Source: an uncultured bacterium (GTDB lineage Bacteria; Verrucomicrobiota; Verrucomicrobiia; Limisphaerales; UBA8199). Taken from it: a stretch of DNA of 64,000 nucleotides. The notes under the pieces were generated by a model. It was given only the letters and a program-made list of their open reading frames with translations. It was not told the DNA's origin and did not search any database. Positions 37,305 through 46,680 of the stretch are shown in pieces. The position numbers were made by a program, and so were the translations under genes. The stretch spans positions 64,001 to 128,000 of the forward strand of contig CAVVMW010000021.1 of assembly GCA_963749495.1 (NCBI GenBank), read 5' to 3'. Each line of letters opens with the position of its first letter. Position 1 is the first letter of the stretch.

Positions 37305-37576
37305 AGGGCCGAAGGCCCGCAATGTGATAGCCTGGGCTGGAGCGAGTCCGACGAGCGGAGGCCCAGGTCAACCACCGTCGCGAACCTGCCCAGCCCTGCA
37401 AGGGCGTCACCCCTCATGTCCCCATCTCTGGCCAACATCGTTGTTGACCTCGTCTTTAGCAGCAAGAGCCCCTCTTTCGCCCCTACAGGGCGCAGGAATC
37501 GTCTCTTTCGCCCCTTACCTGGGGCTCCGCGCTGCGCGCTTCACCCCAGGCTTTCACATTGCGGGCCTTCGGCCCT
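37305..37576. mobile_element. Palindromic non-autonomous element containing a Y1 transposase N-terminal remnant
   Basis: 23-bp perfect inverted repeat AGGGCCGAAGGCCCGCAATGTGA; inside, from 37416, MSPSLANIVVDLVFSSK resembles the IS200/RAYT TnpA start. Confidence 0.6.
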
Positions 37577-37601
37577 CTCCCTTTCCGGGCCTGTGGACCC
37601 A

Positions 37602-39044
37602 TCACGGCTCGACCGACCGGAAATACTCATAGAAGACCTCAGCCAGCGCCGCGCCGTAGTCTTGCCAATGCCGCGCGGAGGGGTAGTCCTTAAGCCCCGC
37701 GATCCAATTGCAGTTGAACTCGTGAACGGCGGCGTCGATTCCATACCGCTCGAACCAGCCGTCGCCGAGCGTGCCTGAGTTGCGGACCGTTGGGGGGGTG
37801 CTCCCCTCGGTAAACCAAGTGTGCTGGCGCAGGAGGCCCTCCAGGACGGCCATGCGGTCCAGGTGCCGTTTCAACTGGGGCACAGGAGGCCGGCTGAGGT
37901 GCAGTTGGCCGGAGCCGTCGTTGTGCAACTCCAAGGCAAGCTGGGGAGTTTCTCCCGCCCGGATCATGGCCTCCAGCCACTTCTCCAATGCGTAGTTTTC
38001 CGGCGAAAGCTGCGGGTCAGCCGGTTTGTCCCATTCGCGATTGAGGTCTTTGCCACGGAGATTGAACCGTGTGCCCCCGCGCGCTACGCCGTCCTTGTTG
38101 GCCATGGGCAAGACATAAAGGCAGTAGCAGTCCAACCATTTCCCGGACAGTTGGTCTCCTTGGAGCAGCCGTTGGATGAGGCCCTGGGCGACCCAACTGC
38201 CGCCCGCCTCCCACGGGTGCGCTCTGGCCCGGACGAAGGCGCGATGCCGGGCTCGAGGATTGCCGATGCGGACGATCTCCAGATCGCGTCCTTCGACGGT
38301 CTTGCCGATGACGCGGATCTCCACTTGCGGATTGTTTTTGATGGAGGCCAGCAGGCGATCCAGGTCGGAGAGCCGATAGGGTTCCACACGCGCCACGTAG
38401 AGCCTGGGGCCGGGCATGCAGAGGTGGAGTCTCACGCGGTTGTCCGGCAGTCCCTCCAGCGGGACCGGGTTCCACTGCCGCCCATCTTGCGAGATGACGG
38501 CCGTCTTCAACTCCTTGGCAACGGAGCCCGGCTGCCCATTATAAACGTTGTCCAGGTTGTTGAATTCGAGCGTGAAAGTAGAGCCGATCCTGGCCTGGAG
38601 CAGGAAGTGAAAGTGCCCGGCGGCGCGGTTGGGCGACGAGCGTTCGTGATCGTAGAGCAGGTGGAGGTGGATGGCGCCATCGGGAGCTGGCTCATACCAG
38701 AGCGGCGAGGCATTCTCGAAACCGGTGTCGATGAACTCAAGGGCAGCCGGCTCATTGGTGAGCGCAAAGCAACAGCCGCAGGCAACCAAAGCCCCCAGCA
38801 GCGCCCCATGCCTAAAGACCCGGCTGCCGCCTTTGGAACAGCCGTGGGTCACGCGGTGAGTTTCCATCGGCGCGACCGGGACGCGCTCGATGATGCGGCC
38901 GCTCTTGATCTGGCGCAGGCGGGTGTGGAGCTTGTGGCGGGCCTGGGCGGTGCCGCTGGTGTGCAGGTCCTCGATGACATGGGGCGAGCCATCCAGCATC
39001 AGGACCATCAGGCGCTTGAACTCCGAGGGCAATATCGTTTGCAT
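37602..39044 (-). CDS. M14 zinc carboxypeptidase-family protein with in-frame EF-P-like N-terminal fragment
   Basis: RAHPWE (HxxE), NKDGV, DLNREW, LELHND; residues 1-77 resemble the EF-P N-terminal domain. Confidence 0.8.
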   Translation of the reverse strand: MQTILPSEFKRLMVLMLDGSPHVIEDLHTSGTAQARHKLHTRLRQIKSGRIIERVPVAPMETHRVTHGCSKGGSRVFRHGALLGALVACGCCFALTNEPAALEFIDTGFENASPLWYEPAPDGAIHLHLLYDHERSSPNRAAGHFHFLLQARIGSTFTLEFNNLDNVYNGQPGSVAKELKTAVISQDGRQWNPVPLEGLPDNRVRLHLCMPGPRLYVARVEPYRLSDLDRLLASIKNNPQVEIRVIGKTVEGRDLEIVRIGNPRARHRAFVRARAHPWEAGGSWVAQGLIQRLLQGDQLSGKWLDCYCLYVLPMANKDGVARGGTRFNLRGKDLNREWDKPADPQLSPENYALEKWLEAMIRAGETPQLALELHNDGSGQLHLSRPPVPQLKRHLDRMAVLEGLLRQHTWFTEGSTPPTVRNSGTLGDGWFERYGIDAAVHEFNCNWIAGLKDYPSARHWQDYGAALAEVFYEYFRSVEP

Positions 39045-39269
39045 AGTGAATTCTGCCGGTCATGCCGGGCTTGCGATGGCCGCTTCGGACTGGAAGCTCT
39101 TAGCGCGGATCCGCCGGGCGTCAAGCCTAAGCTACGGCAGAAAAATCGGATGGGCGTCGGACAAAAATCTTCACGACATGAATTTTGCTGGGCTTTCGTC
39201 ACAGAGAATGTCTAGGAATCCAGATACGAACCGGCACGGACCCAATCAATGCCGCCGCATCAGGCCGCT

Positions 39270-39358
39270 CTTCGTTTCCTTTGTTTCCTTCTGTTCTGTT
39301 CCTGTGCCCAGCCGGCGGGACGCAGGAAAAGAACAGAAGGAAACGAAGGAAACGAAGG
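39270..39358. repeat. Nonamer-based palindrome (TTCGTTTCC)n...(GGAAACGAA)n
   Basis: Inverted arms visible; degenerate relatives near 7250-7305 and 47648-47673. Confidence 0.7.
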
Positions 39359-39558
39359 ATCGAAGACGCAGATCGCATCTGGGAGCTTCGGTCTGGAGGT
39401 CCAAGAAGAATTCTGTCTCACACGCAAATGGGAGGAAGCCATTTTTCTGCCATCCCATTTTTGGGCCAGACCCGAAACGGGAGGGGCATGGAGAGCGCTC
39501 CGTGATCCACACGCTCCACATGCCCCCGAACCTGGGCTGAGCACTGACTACTGGCTGC

Positions 39559-40555
39559 TCATTCCGCAATCACGGTCACCTTCTTGCAGAAATCGTCGAG
39601 GCTGAGCTTGTCCTTCTGAAAGGCATCAATGTCCGATTTCCGTGCCCGGAGGATGAGCCGGCTGCCCTGGCTCTCAGCCGCGGCCCGCCCGGTCCAGGTC
39701 ATCATGCCGCCACCGCCCATGCCGCCCAGGCCGCCACCGCTCATGCCGCCACCCATGCCACCCATGCCACCGATGCCACCGCCGCTGGCCCCAGTGTGTC
39801 GTTGTCGAATCGTGAGCTTAGTCGCTCCTTTTCCGCCGCGGCCCGCTACCACCACCGTCAGCGCCTCATCGGGTTTCAACCTCCGGATGTGCGAGCCATT
39901 TTTGAGGGCGTTCATCAGGTCCTTCTTGAGGGTCTCGACCCTGTCGGCGTCGTATTCAGCCTCCTGCGCGCCGCTGCCGGATTCGACGAGAAGTTGGTCG
40001 AACATGGATGCCAAAGCCCTGGGGTCCCGATGGCTGGGCCAGCTCGCGGCGGGCTTCCTCCCATTCGCTGCTGGTCTGGTCTTTGGCCTCAGATTCGGTC
40101 TTCTTGACCGCAGGCTCGACCAGCGGGTAATTGACACTGAGGAAGAACAGGGCGCCGTAGCCTTCCAGGTAGAGGTTCTGCGGCAGGCTGGCGCGGCCGA
40201 GTATTTGCCTATGAATAGAGATGCCCATGGCGTTATGGGATTTGCCGACACCGCCTCCTGCGGCCTTCTGGAGGATGTGGGCCATGATTCTGAGGTCTTC
40301 CTCGATGTTGGCCAGGTCTTTGGGCTCGGCGGCCTCCTTGGGGATGATCAAGGCGCGGGTGGCCTCGCCCGCGGTGGTGCCGAGGGCATCGGAGAGCTCT
40401 AGCGAATAGTCGAATGGGTCGGCCGTATCGGCGCCAGCCTGGGCGACGACCTTGAGTTCTTCCTGGGCCATGTTGTGCTCATCCTGGGCGCGGCCGGAAC
40501 CGGCGGCCAGGACGGGCGCCGCCAGGGCGGCGATGAGTGCAATGTGATATTTCAT
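39559..40555 (-). CDS. Secreted hypothetical protein of the ECF operon (frameshift near 40005)
   Basis: Signal peptide MKYHIALIAALAAPVLAAGSGRAQ; YLEGYGALFF motif; continues MFDQLLVES... in a second frame with a Gly/Met-rich stretch. Confidence 0.65.
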
Positions 40556-40587
40556 AGAGTGACGTGTTTCAGTTGTTTTTCTTTGTT

Positions 40588-41313
40588 TCACTGTTTGGGT
40601 TCGGGGCCGAAAGCGGGGACGGGGTTGCGGGCCGGGGCTGAATAGGAGACCAGGCGCGCCAGGTTTTCGTAGGTCTGCTGGAAGCCATCGTCCGTGTTGA
40701 GGGCGACGGTTTCCAATGCCGCGCGCAGTTTGTCGAAGCGCGCGTCAATGTTCTGGAGGGCGAGTTGGAAATTCTGCTGGTCCAGCGCCCGCTGGGAATC
40801 CTGGGCGCGGGCGTATTCGGAGAGCAGACGCAGTGTCTGGGCGCCGGCGCTGGCGGTGGCCAAGGCGAGGTGATTGCTCCAGGCCGATTGGTCGCGCTGA
40901 ACCGCCTGGGCGAGCTGGGCGACCGAAAGCTGGAGCTCGGAGAGCGCGTGCGCGCCCGGCGCCGTCCGCCGGCCCAGGCCAAAGCCCAGGAAAAGCACCA
41001 GGGCAGCCGCTGCGGCCCATTTGAGGACGGGCAGCCCCAGCCGCGCGGCGCTGCAGGCGGACCAGGCGGCGGGTTGCGGCATCCCGGCGCGCCCCGCGTG
41101 GCGGGCAGACGGCAGCGCCCAGTCGTCCAGGGCGCGCTGGCTGCCGCGCCAGGCCGCCACCTGCGCGGCGCAGGCGGGACAGGAGGCGAGGTGGCCGTCC
41201 AATTCGCGCCGACGGGCAGGGGGGGTCTCCCGGTACAGGAAGGCCATCCATTCGGCGGCGTCCGGGTGCGTCATAGCACCCGGAATTCGGGTGTTCGTGT
41301 CTTGCGGTTGCAT
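40588..41313 (-). CDS. Zinc-finger (HxxxCxxC) transmembrane anti-sigma factor
   Basis: HLASCPAC, TM segment WAAAAALVLFLGFGLG, C-terminal coiled coil; start could be 41274. Confidence 0.85.
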   Translation of the reverse strand: MQPQDTNTRIPGAMTHPDAAEWMAFLYRETPPARRRELDGHLASCPACAAQVAAWRGSQRALDDWALPSARHAGRAGMPQPAAWSACSAARLGLPVLKWAAAAALVLFLGFGLGRRTAPGAHALSELQLSVAQLAQAVQRDQSAWSNHLALATASAGAQTLRLLSEYARAQDSQRALDQQNFQLALQNIDARFDKLRAALETVALNTDDGFQQTYENLARLVSYSAPARNPVPAFGPEPKQ

Positions 41314-41921
41314 GATAAGTCTTCGTTTAGATTCAACGGTTTGAGCAGGCGTCCCAGTTGCGTGAGCGCCTCGGCCGCGCGGGACTTGACGGTGCCTTCG
41401 GGGATGTCCAGGACGGCGGCGATTTCGTGGAACTTGAGGCGCTCATAATGGCGCAGGGCCAGCACCTCGCGGTACTGCGGGGGCAGTTTGAGCAGGGCCC
41501 GGCGGACCATCTCGCCTCGTTCCTGGGCCTGGGCCTGCACATCCGGTGGCGGGTCGTCTGCGGCCAGTAAGTCCAGGCCGCCGCCGCCAGCCTCGGCGAG
41601 GGCGTCGAGCGAACATTCGCCGCGGCGATGGGTCTTGCGCAATTCGTCATGGCAGAGGTTCAAGGCGATGCGCCACAGGAAGGTCGAGAACTTTCCCCGT
41701 GGCTCCCAATGGGCGCGCGCGGCAAACACGCGGACGAACACCCCTTGGCAGAGGTCCTCCGCCCGGTGCGGGTCACCCGTCATGCGGGCGCACAGGCGCT
41801 GGATGGGCGCCTGCCAGCGCGCCACCAGGCGGGCAAAGGCCTGGGCGTCGTCTGCCGATTTGACGCGCCACATCATTTGCTCGTCCGTTGCCGCCAGGAG
41901 CGATGTGAGGAAGTTGCTCAT
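41271..41921 (-). CDS. ECF sigma-70 factor
   Basis: AEDLCQGVF, FSTFLWRIALNLC.D, EIAAVLDIPEGTVKSR. Confidence 0.93.
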   Translation of the reverse strand: MSNFLTSLLAATDEQMMWRVKSADDAQAFARLVARWQAPIQRLCARMTGDPHRAEDLCQGVFVRVFAARAHWEPRGKFSTFLWRIALNLCHDELRKTHRRGECSLDALAEAGGGGLDLLAADDPPPDVQAQAQERGEMVRRALLKLPPQYREVLALRHYERLKFHEIAAVLDIPEGTVKSRAAEALTQLGRLLKPLNLNEDLSCNRKTRTPEFRVL

Positions 41922-41977
41922 GCCCCGGTTTTCACACATTCTCTTTCACAGGAACTTGCGAGGCTGCGCCTCAGACC

Positions 41978-42027
41978 GTGGCTCGGGCATCCTGCCCGAG
42001 CATCCACGGGCAAGATGCCCGTGCCAC
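41978..42027. repeat. REP-like palindrome
   Basis: GTGGCTCGGGCATCCTGCCCG...CGGGCAAGATGCCCGTGCCAC. Confidence 0.75.
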
Positions 42028-42245
42028 AAACTTGACCTGTCTGCATCACATTTTGAAATTCAAGGACTCTAGCGGACATTTCCAGTTCGAATCTGTCGTT
42101 CTGTGGTTCCGGCAGCGTATCGGTTCAAAGGTAGAACGCTCGAGGGGGCACTTTGGTTCGGAGTTTTTTTCAGGTGAGATTGCGCTTTTCCTGGCCCTGG
42201 CCTTCTGGCAAGAGTGCGTTATAGTTTCATGAAGGGAAGCAGAGT

Positions 42246-43829
42246 ATGACTGACACCAAACCAGTTTTCAACGGGCCGCCCTCGCCCGAGGAATTTCAGA
42301 AGCAGTTGTCGGAGTTCGTGCGCCAGCACTTCCAGAACCTGCGCGCCCAGCCCTCCCCGGAGCCGGAGGGCGCCGGGGCGCCTCAAGGCGAGGAAGGCCG
42401 GACCAAGCCGGAGGGACTCGATTTCAAGCGCAAGCCGCGCGACATCAAGGAGTACCTCGACCGCTTCGTCATCAAGCAGGACGAGGCCAAGAAGGTGCTC
42501 AGCGTGGCCTTGTGCGACCACTACCACCACGTGCGGCTGGCCATCGAAGACAAGGAATCCCCCAATTACGCCAAGCAAAACATCATCCTCATCGGGCCGA
42601 CCGGTGTGGGAAAGACGTTCCTCATCCGCAACGCCGCCGACCTCATCGGCGTGCCCTTCGTGAAGGCCGACGCGACCAAGTTCTCGGAAACCGGCTATGT
42701 GGGGGGAGACGTCGAGGACATGGTCCGCGACCTGGTGCGGCTGGCGGACGGGGACATCAACCGCGCCAAGTACGGGATTATCTACATCGACGAGATCGAT
42801 AAGATCGCCGCCGCCAGCAACATGGCGGGCCGGGATGTCAGCGGCCGGGGCGTGCAGACCAATTTGCTCAAGCTGATGGAAGAGACGGAAGTGCCGGCGC
42901 GCTCGCCCAACGACATCGCGGGCCAAATCCAGGCCATGATGGATTTCACGCAGCGCGGGCGCAAGGCCCCGAGCACCATCAACACCAAGCATATCCTGTT
43001 CATTGTCAGCGGGGCCTTCGACGGCCTGGAGAAGATTGCGCGCAAGCGCCTGCGCAACGCCACCATCGGCTTCGCCGCCAAGGAGCGCCCCCCCGAGAGC
43101 GAGGCCGAAGTCCTGGGCCGCGCCCAGACCGGGGATTTCATCGAGTTCGGCTTCGAGCCGGAGTTCATCGGGCGGCTCCCGGTCCGCGTCGTCTGCCATG
43201 CGCTGGAAGTCGCCGACCTGTTCCAGATCCTCAAGAACTCCGAGGGGAGCATCGTCCGCCAATACGAGCAGGACTTCGCCGCCTACGGCATCGAGGTGCT
43301 GTTTTCCGACGACGGCCTGCGCGCCATCGCCGAGCGGGCGGGGGAGGAACGGACCGGGGCGCGCGGGCTCATGACCGTCTGCGAGCGGGTCTTCCGGGAC
43401 ATCAAATTCGAGCTGCCCTCCACCGGCGTCAAACGCTTCGTGGTCACGCGCCAACTGGTCGATGACCCCGCCGGCGAATTGAAAAAGATCCTCGCCGACC
43501 CGCGGCAGGAGGAGCGGCTCGTCGCCCGCCAGTTGGTGGACGAGTTCGCCCGCCGCTTCCAGGAGACCCACGGGATGAGCATCCGCTTCACCGGCGCCGC
43601 CGCCGACCTGCTCGTCAACCAGGCCCTCCAAAAGGGCCAGTCCGTCCGCGACCTCTGCGCCGCCCGCTTCCGCGACTTTCACTTCGGCCTCAAGCTCATC
43701 GCCCAGAACTCTACCCAGCGCGAGTTCGTCCTCGACACCGACGCCGTCCTGGCCCCCGACAAGGTCCTGAGCGACTGGGTGGTGGCCAGTTACCGGACGG
43801 CGGACAAGCCGCAGGGCCTTGGTCCTTGA
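42246..43829 (+). CDS. clpX: ClpX-like AAA+ ATPase lacking the N-terminal zinc-binding domain, with C-terminal extension
   Basis: GPTGVGKT, DATKFSETGYVG, YIDEIDK, RDVSGRGVQ, IGF loop, PEFIGRLP, TGARGL. Confidence 0.85.
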   Translation: MTDTKPVFNGPPSPEEFQKQLSEFVRQHFQNLRAQPSPEPEGAGAPQGEEGRTKPEGLDFKRKPRDIKEYLDRFVIKQDEAKKVLSVALCDHYHHVRLAIEDKESPNYAKQNIILIGPTGVGKTFLIRNAADLIGVPFVKADATKFSETGYVGGDVEDMVRDLVRLADGDINRAKYGIIYIDEIDKIAAASNMAGRDVSGRGVQTNLLKLMEETEVPARSPNDIAGQIQAMMDFTQRGRKAPSTINTKHILFIVSGAFDGLEKIARKRLRNATIGFAAKERPPESEAEVLGRAQTGDFIEFGFEPEFIGRLPVRVVCHALEVADLFQILKNSEGSIVRQYEQDFAAYGIEVLFSDDGLRAIAERAGEERTGARGLMTVCERVFRDIKFELPSTGVKRFVVTRQLVDDPAGELKKILADPRQEERLVARQLVDEFARRFQETHGMSIRFTGAAADLLVNQALQKGQSVRDLCAARFRDFHFGLKLIAQNSTQREFVLDTDAVLAPDKVLSDWVVASYRTADKPQGLGP

Positions 43830-43863
43830 CAATTGTTGGTCAGATCAAAACACTCCATTTCAG

Positions 43864-45453
43864 ATGAGCGCAACAGGCCGCAGCAGACTTTTCACCGGGA
43901 CGATCGTCCTGGCGACAGCCCTGGCCGCAGGGGCTTCCGCCCAGGATCGTGTCAAGATTGCCAATGGCATCCTTGAGGGGACTTCGAACGCCGGCTCCGG
44001 AGTTCGCAGTTTCAAAGGCATCCCCTTCGCCGAGCCGCCCCTTGGGGATCTGCGCTGGAAGCCGCCGCAGCCGGTCCAGAACTGGCGGGGCGCGCGCAAG
44101 GCCGACAAGTTCGGCCCGCGCGCCATGCAACGCGCCATCTTCGGCGACATGGTTTTCAGGTCGAGCGGTGTTAGCGAAGACTGCCTCTACCTGAACGTCT
44201 GGACGCCCGCCAAATCGAGCCGGGAGAAGCTGCCGGTGCTGGTCTATTTTTATGGCGGCGGGTTCATGGCGGGCGACGGCTCGGAACCGCGCTACGATGG
44301 CGAGAGCATGGCCAGGAAGGGCATCGTGGCGGTCACGGTCAACTACCGCCTGGGCGTGTTCGGCTTTTTCGCCCATCCCGAATTGAGCCGGGAGTCGCCC
44401 TGCCATGCCTCGGGCAATTATGGCCTGCTCGATCAGCAGGCGGCGCTCAAGTGGGTCCGGGAGAACATCGCCGCCTTCGGCGGCGACCCGATGCGCGTGA
44501 CCATCGCCGGCGAATCGGCCGGCTCGATCTCGGTCAGCGCGCAGATGGCCTCGCCGCTCTCAAAAGGCTTGTTCGCCGGCGCGATTGGCGAGAGCGGCTC
44601 CATCCTCGGCGTGGCCTCGGCCATCCCGCTCTCCGAAGCCGAGGAGAAGGGCGTCAAGTTCGCCTTGAGCCTCGGGACCAACAGCGCCCTCCCACTGGCG
44701 GCGCTGCGCGCGATGCCGGCCGAGGAATTGCTCGCCGCGGCCAAGCCCGGGCTGCCGTGGTTCGGCCCGACGGTGGACGGGTGGTTCTTGCCGAAATCTC
44801 CGTTTGAGATTTACGCGGCGGGCGAACAGGCGTGGGTCCCGTTGCTGGCCGGCTCGAACTCCGAGGAGGCGGGCTGGCGCGAGGTCCTCGGGCGCGACCC
44901 GCCAACCGTCGAGAATTACCGCAAGGCCCTCGGGCGGCTTTACAGCGGCAAGGCCGGCGAGGTCTTCAAGCTCTACCCGGCCTCGAACGAAGCCGAGGTG
45001 ATGGACGCCGCGCAGGACCTGGCGGGGGACCGCTTCATCAGCTACAGCACCTGGAAGTGGCTTGATTTGGCGGCCAAAACCGGCGGCCGGCCCACTTACT
45101 ACTACCTCTACTGCCGACCGCGTCCGGCCACGCCCAGTGCCTCGAGCGGGCCCCAGCCCGGCGCCAACAGCCCGCGCGGCGCCGTCCATTCCGCCGAGAT
45201 CGAATACGCCCTGGGCAACCTCGACTCGAACAAGGTCTATGCCTGGACCCCGGAGGATTACAAAGTCTCGAAAGTGATGCAGGAGTACTTCGCCAACTTC
45301 ATCAAGACCGCCAACCCCAACGGCCCCGCCCTGCCCGATTGGCCCAGGTTCGACCGCGGCCAACGCCTCATCATCGATGTCAATACCCGCGCCGAACCCG
45401 AAAAGGTCCGCGCGCGTTGCGAGTTCCTGGACCAGTTTTACATCAAAAAGTAG
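43864..45453 (+). CDS. Type B carboxylesterase
   Basis: Signal peptide; FKGIPFA.PP, SEDCLYLNVW, YGGG, GESAG, HSAE. Confidence 0.95.
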   Translation: MSATGRSRLFTGTIVLATALAAGASAQDRVKIANGILEGTSNAGSGVRSFKGIPFAEPPLGDLRWKPPQPVQNWRGARKADKFGPRAMQRAIFGDMVFRSSGVSEDCLYLNVWTPAKSSREKLPVLVYFYGGGFMAGDGSEPRYDGESMARKGIVAVTVNYRLGVFGFFAHPELSRESPCHASGNYGLLDQQAALKWVRENIAAFGGDPMRVTIAGESAGSISVSAQMASPLSKGLFAGAIGESGSILGVASAIPLSEAEEKGVKFALSLGTNSALPLAALRAMPAEELLAAAKPGLPWFGPTVDGWFLPKSPFEIYAAGEQAWVPLLAGSNSEEAGWREVLGRDPPTVENYRKALGRLYSGKAGEVFKLYPASNEAEVMDAAQDLAGDRFISYSTWKWLDLAAKTGGRPTYYYLYCRPRPATPSASSGPQPGANSPRGAVHSAEIEYALGNLDSNKVYAWTPEDYKVSKVMQEYFANFIKTANPNGPALPDWPRFDRGQRLIIDVNTRAEPEKVRARCEFLDQFYIKK

Positions 45454-45528
45454 AGCGAGGATTCGAGCACGTGGTCCGGTTCAATGCGCTTGACGCCATT
45501 GAGGAACTGAGGAACACTCCGCCCATCC

Positions 45529-46680
45529 ATGCGGATGCGAGGAACCAACAGGCCGCGCGCAAAAGTCAATTATCTCGCGCACACGGCGCCAGATTCGCCC
45601 GCGGCACTCCGTGAGGGCTCGCAACTGGACTTTTCATCGATACAGAAACCAGAAGAGATCGAGAGTTCGAAAGCGGTGCCGGATTCCTTTGCGCTGTCGC
45701 CAAGGGTCTATCGTCGCGGCGGCTGTTCCATCTACCTGGGTGATGTGCTGGATTTCTATCCGCGTTGGGAGCGGCCCTCGGTGATCATCTCAGACGGGGC
45801 GTACGGGCTGGGCAGCTTTCCGGGCGATCCGCCTACGTCTGCCGGACTCGAGGACTGGTACCGCCCGCACGTCGAGGCCTGGAGGAAGTTCGCGCTCCCC
45901 AGCACAACGCTGTGGTTTTGGAACAGCGAACTGGGCTGGGCTACGGTGCATCCCCTTCTGGCAAAGGCCGGCTGGGAATACCGTTGCTGCCATGTGTGGG
46001 ATAAGGGGATTGCGCATATCGCTGGCAATGCCAACACCAAGACGTTAAGGAAATTTCCGGTCGTCACGGAGGTCTGCGTGCAATACGTGAAGCGGACTTA
46101 TTTCGAGGCACAGGGCATGCGGATGACGATGCAGGAATGGCTGAGGCATGAATGGATTCGGGCTGGCTTGCCCTTGTGGAAGACCAACCACGCTTGCGGT
46201 GTCAAGAACGCGGCGACTCGCAAATACTTCACGGCGGACCATCTTTGGTATTTTCCGCCTCCGGAGGCCTTCGACGCGCTTGTCCGTTACGCGAACCAGC
46301 ACGGCAAGCCTTCCGGCCGGCCCTACTTCTCAATTGACGGCAAGCGTCCTCTGACCGGAGAGGAGTGGTGTCAAATGCGCGCCAAATTCACCTGCTCCGC
46401 TGGCGTTACCAATGTCTGGCGGGAACCGGCCGTCCGGGGCATTGAACGGCTAAAAGAGGAAAGTCAATGCATCCACATGAACCAGAAGCCCCTCAAGCTG
46501 CTGGAGCGTTGCATCAATGCGAGTTCGGACCCTGGCGAGGTCATCTGGGAGCCGTTCGGCGGGCTCTGCTCGGCGACGCTCGCCGCTCATCGCCTGAAGC
46601 GGCGTGCCTACGCCGCCGAATCAGTCGCCGAGTTCTATCAGATCGCCGTCCGCCGGCTGGAGAACTACGATGTCTTCTAA
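45529..46680 (+). CDS. N6-adenine/N4-cytosine DNA methyltransferase (beta order; start uncertain)
   Basis: Motif IV variant SDGAY, WDK, HMNQKP, motif I variant EPFGGLCS. Confidence 0.8.
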   Translation: MRMRGTNRPRAKVNYLAHTAPDSPAALREGSQLDFSSIQKPEEIESSKAVPDSFALSPRVYRRGGCSIYLGDVLDFYPRWERPSVIISDGAYGLGSFPGDPPTSAGLEDWYRPHVEAWRKFALPSTTLWFWNSELGWATVHPLLAKAGWEYRCCHVWDKGIAHIAGNANTKTLRKFPVVTEVCVQYVKRTYFEAQGMRMTMQEWLRHEWIRAGLPLWKTNHACGVKNAATRKYFTADHLWYFPPPEAFDALVRYANQHGKPSGRPYFSIDGKRPLTGEEWCQMRAKFTCSAGVTNVWREPAVRGIERLKEESQCIHMNQKPLKLLERCINASSDPGEVIWEPFGGLCSATLAAHRLKRRAYAAESVAEFYQIAVRRLENYDVF

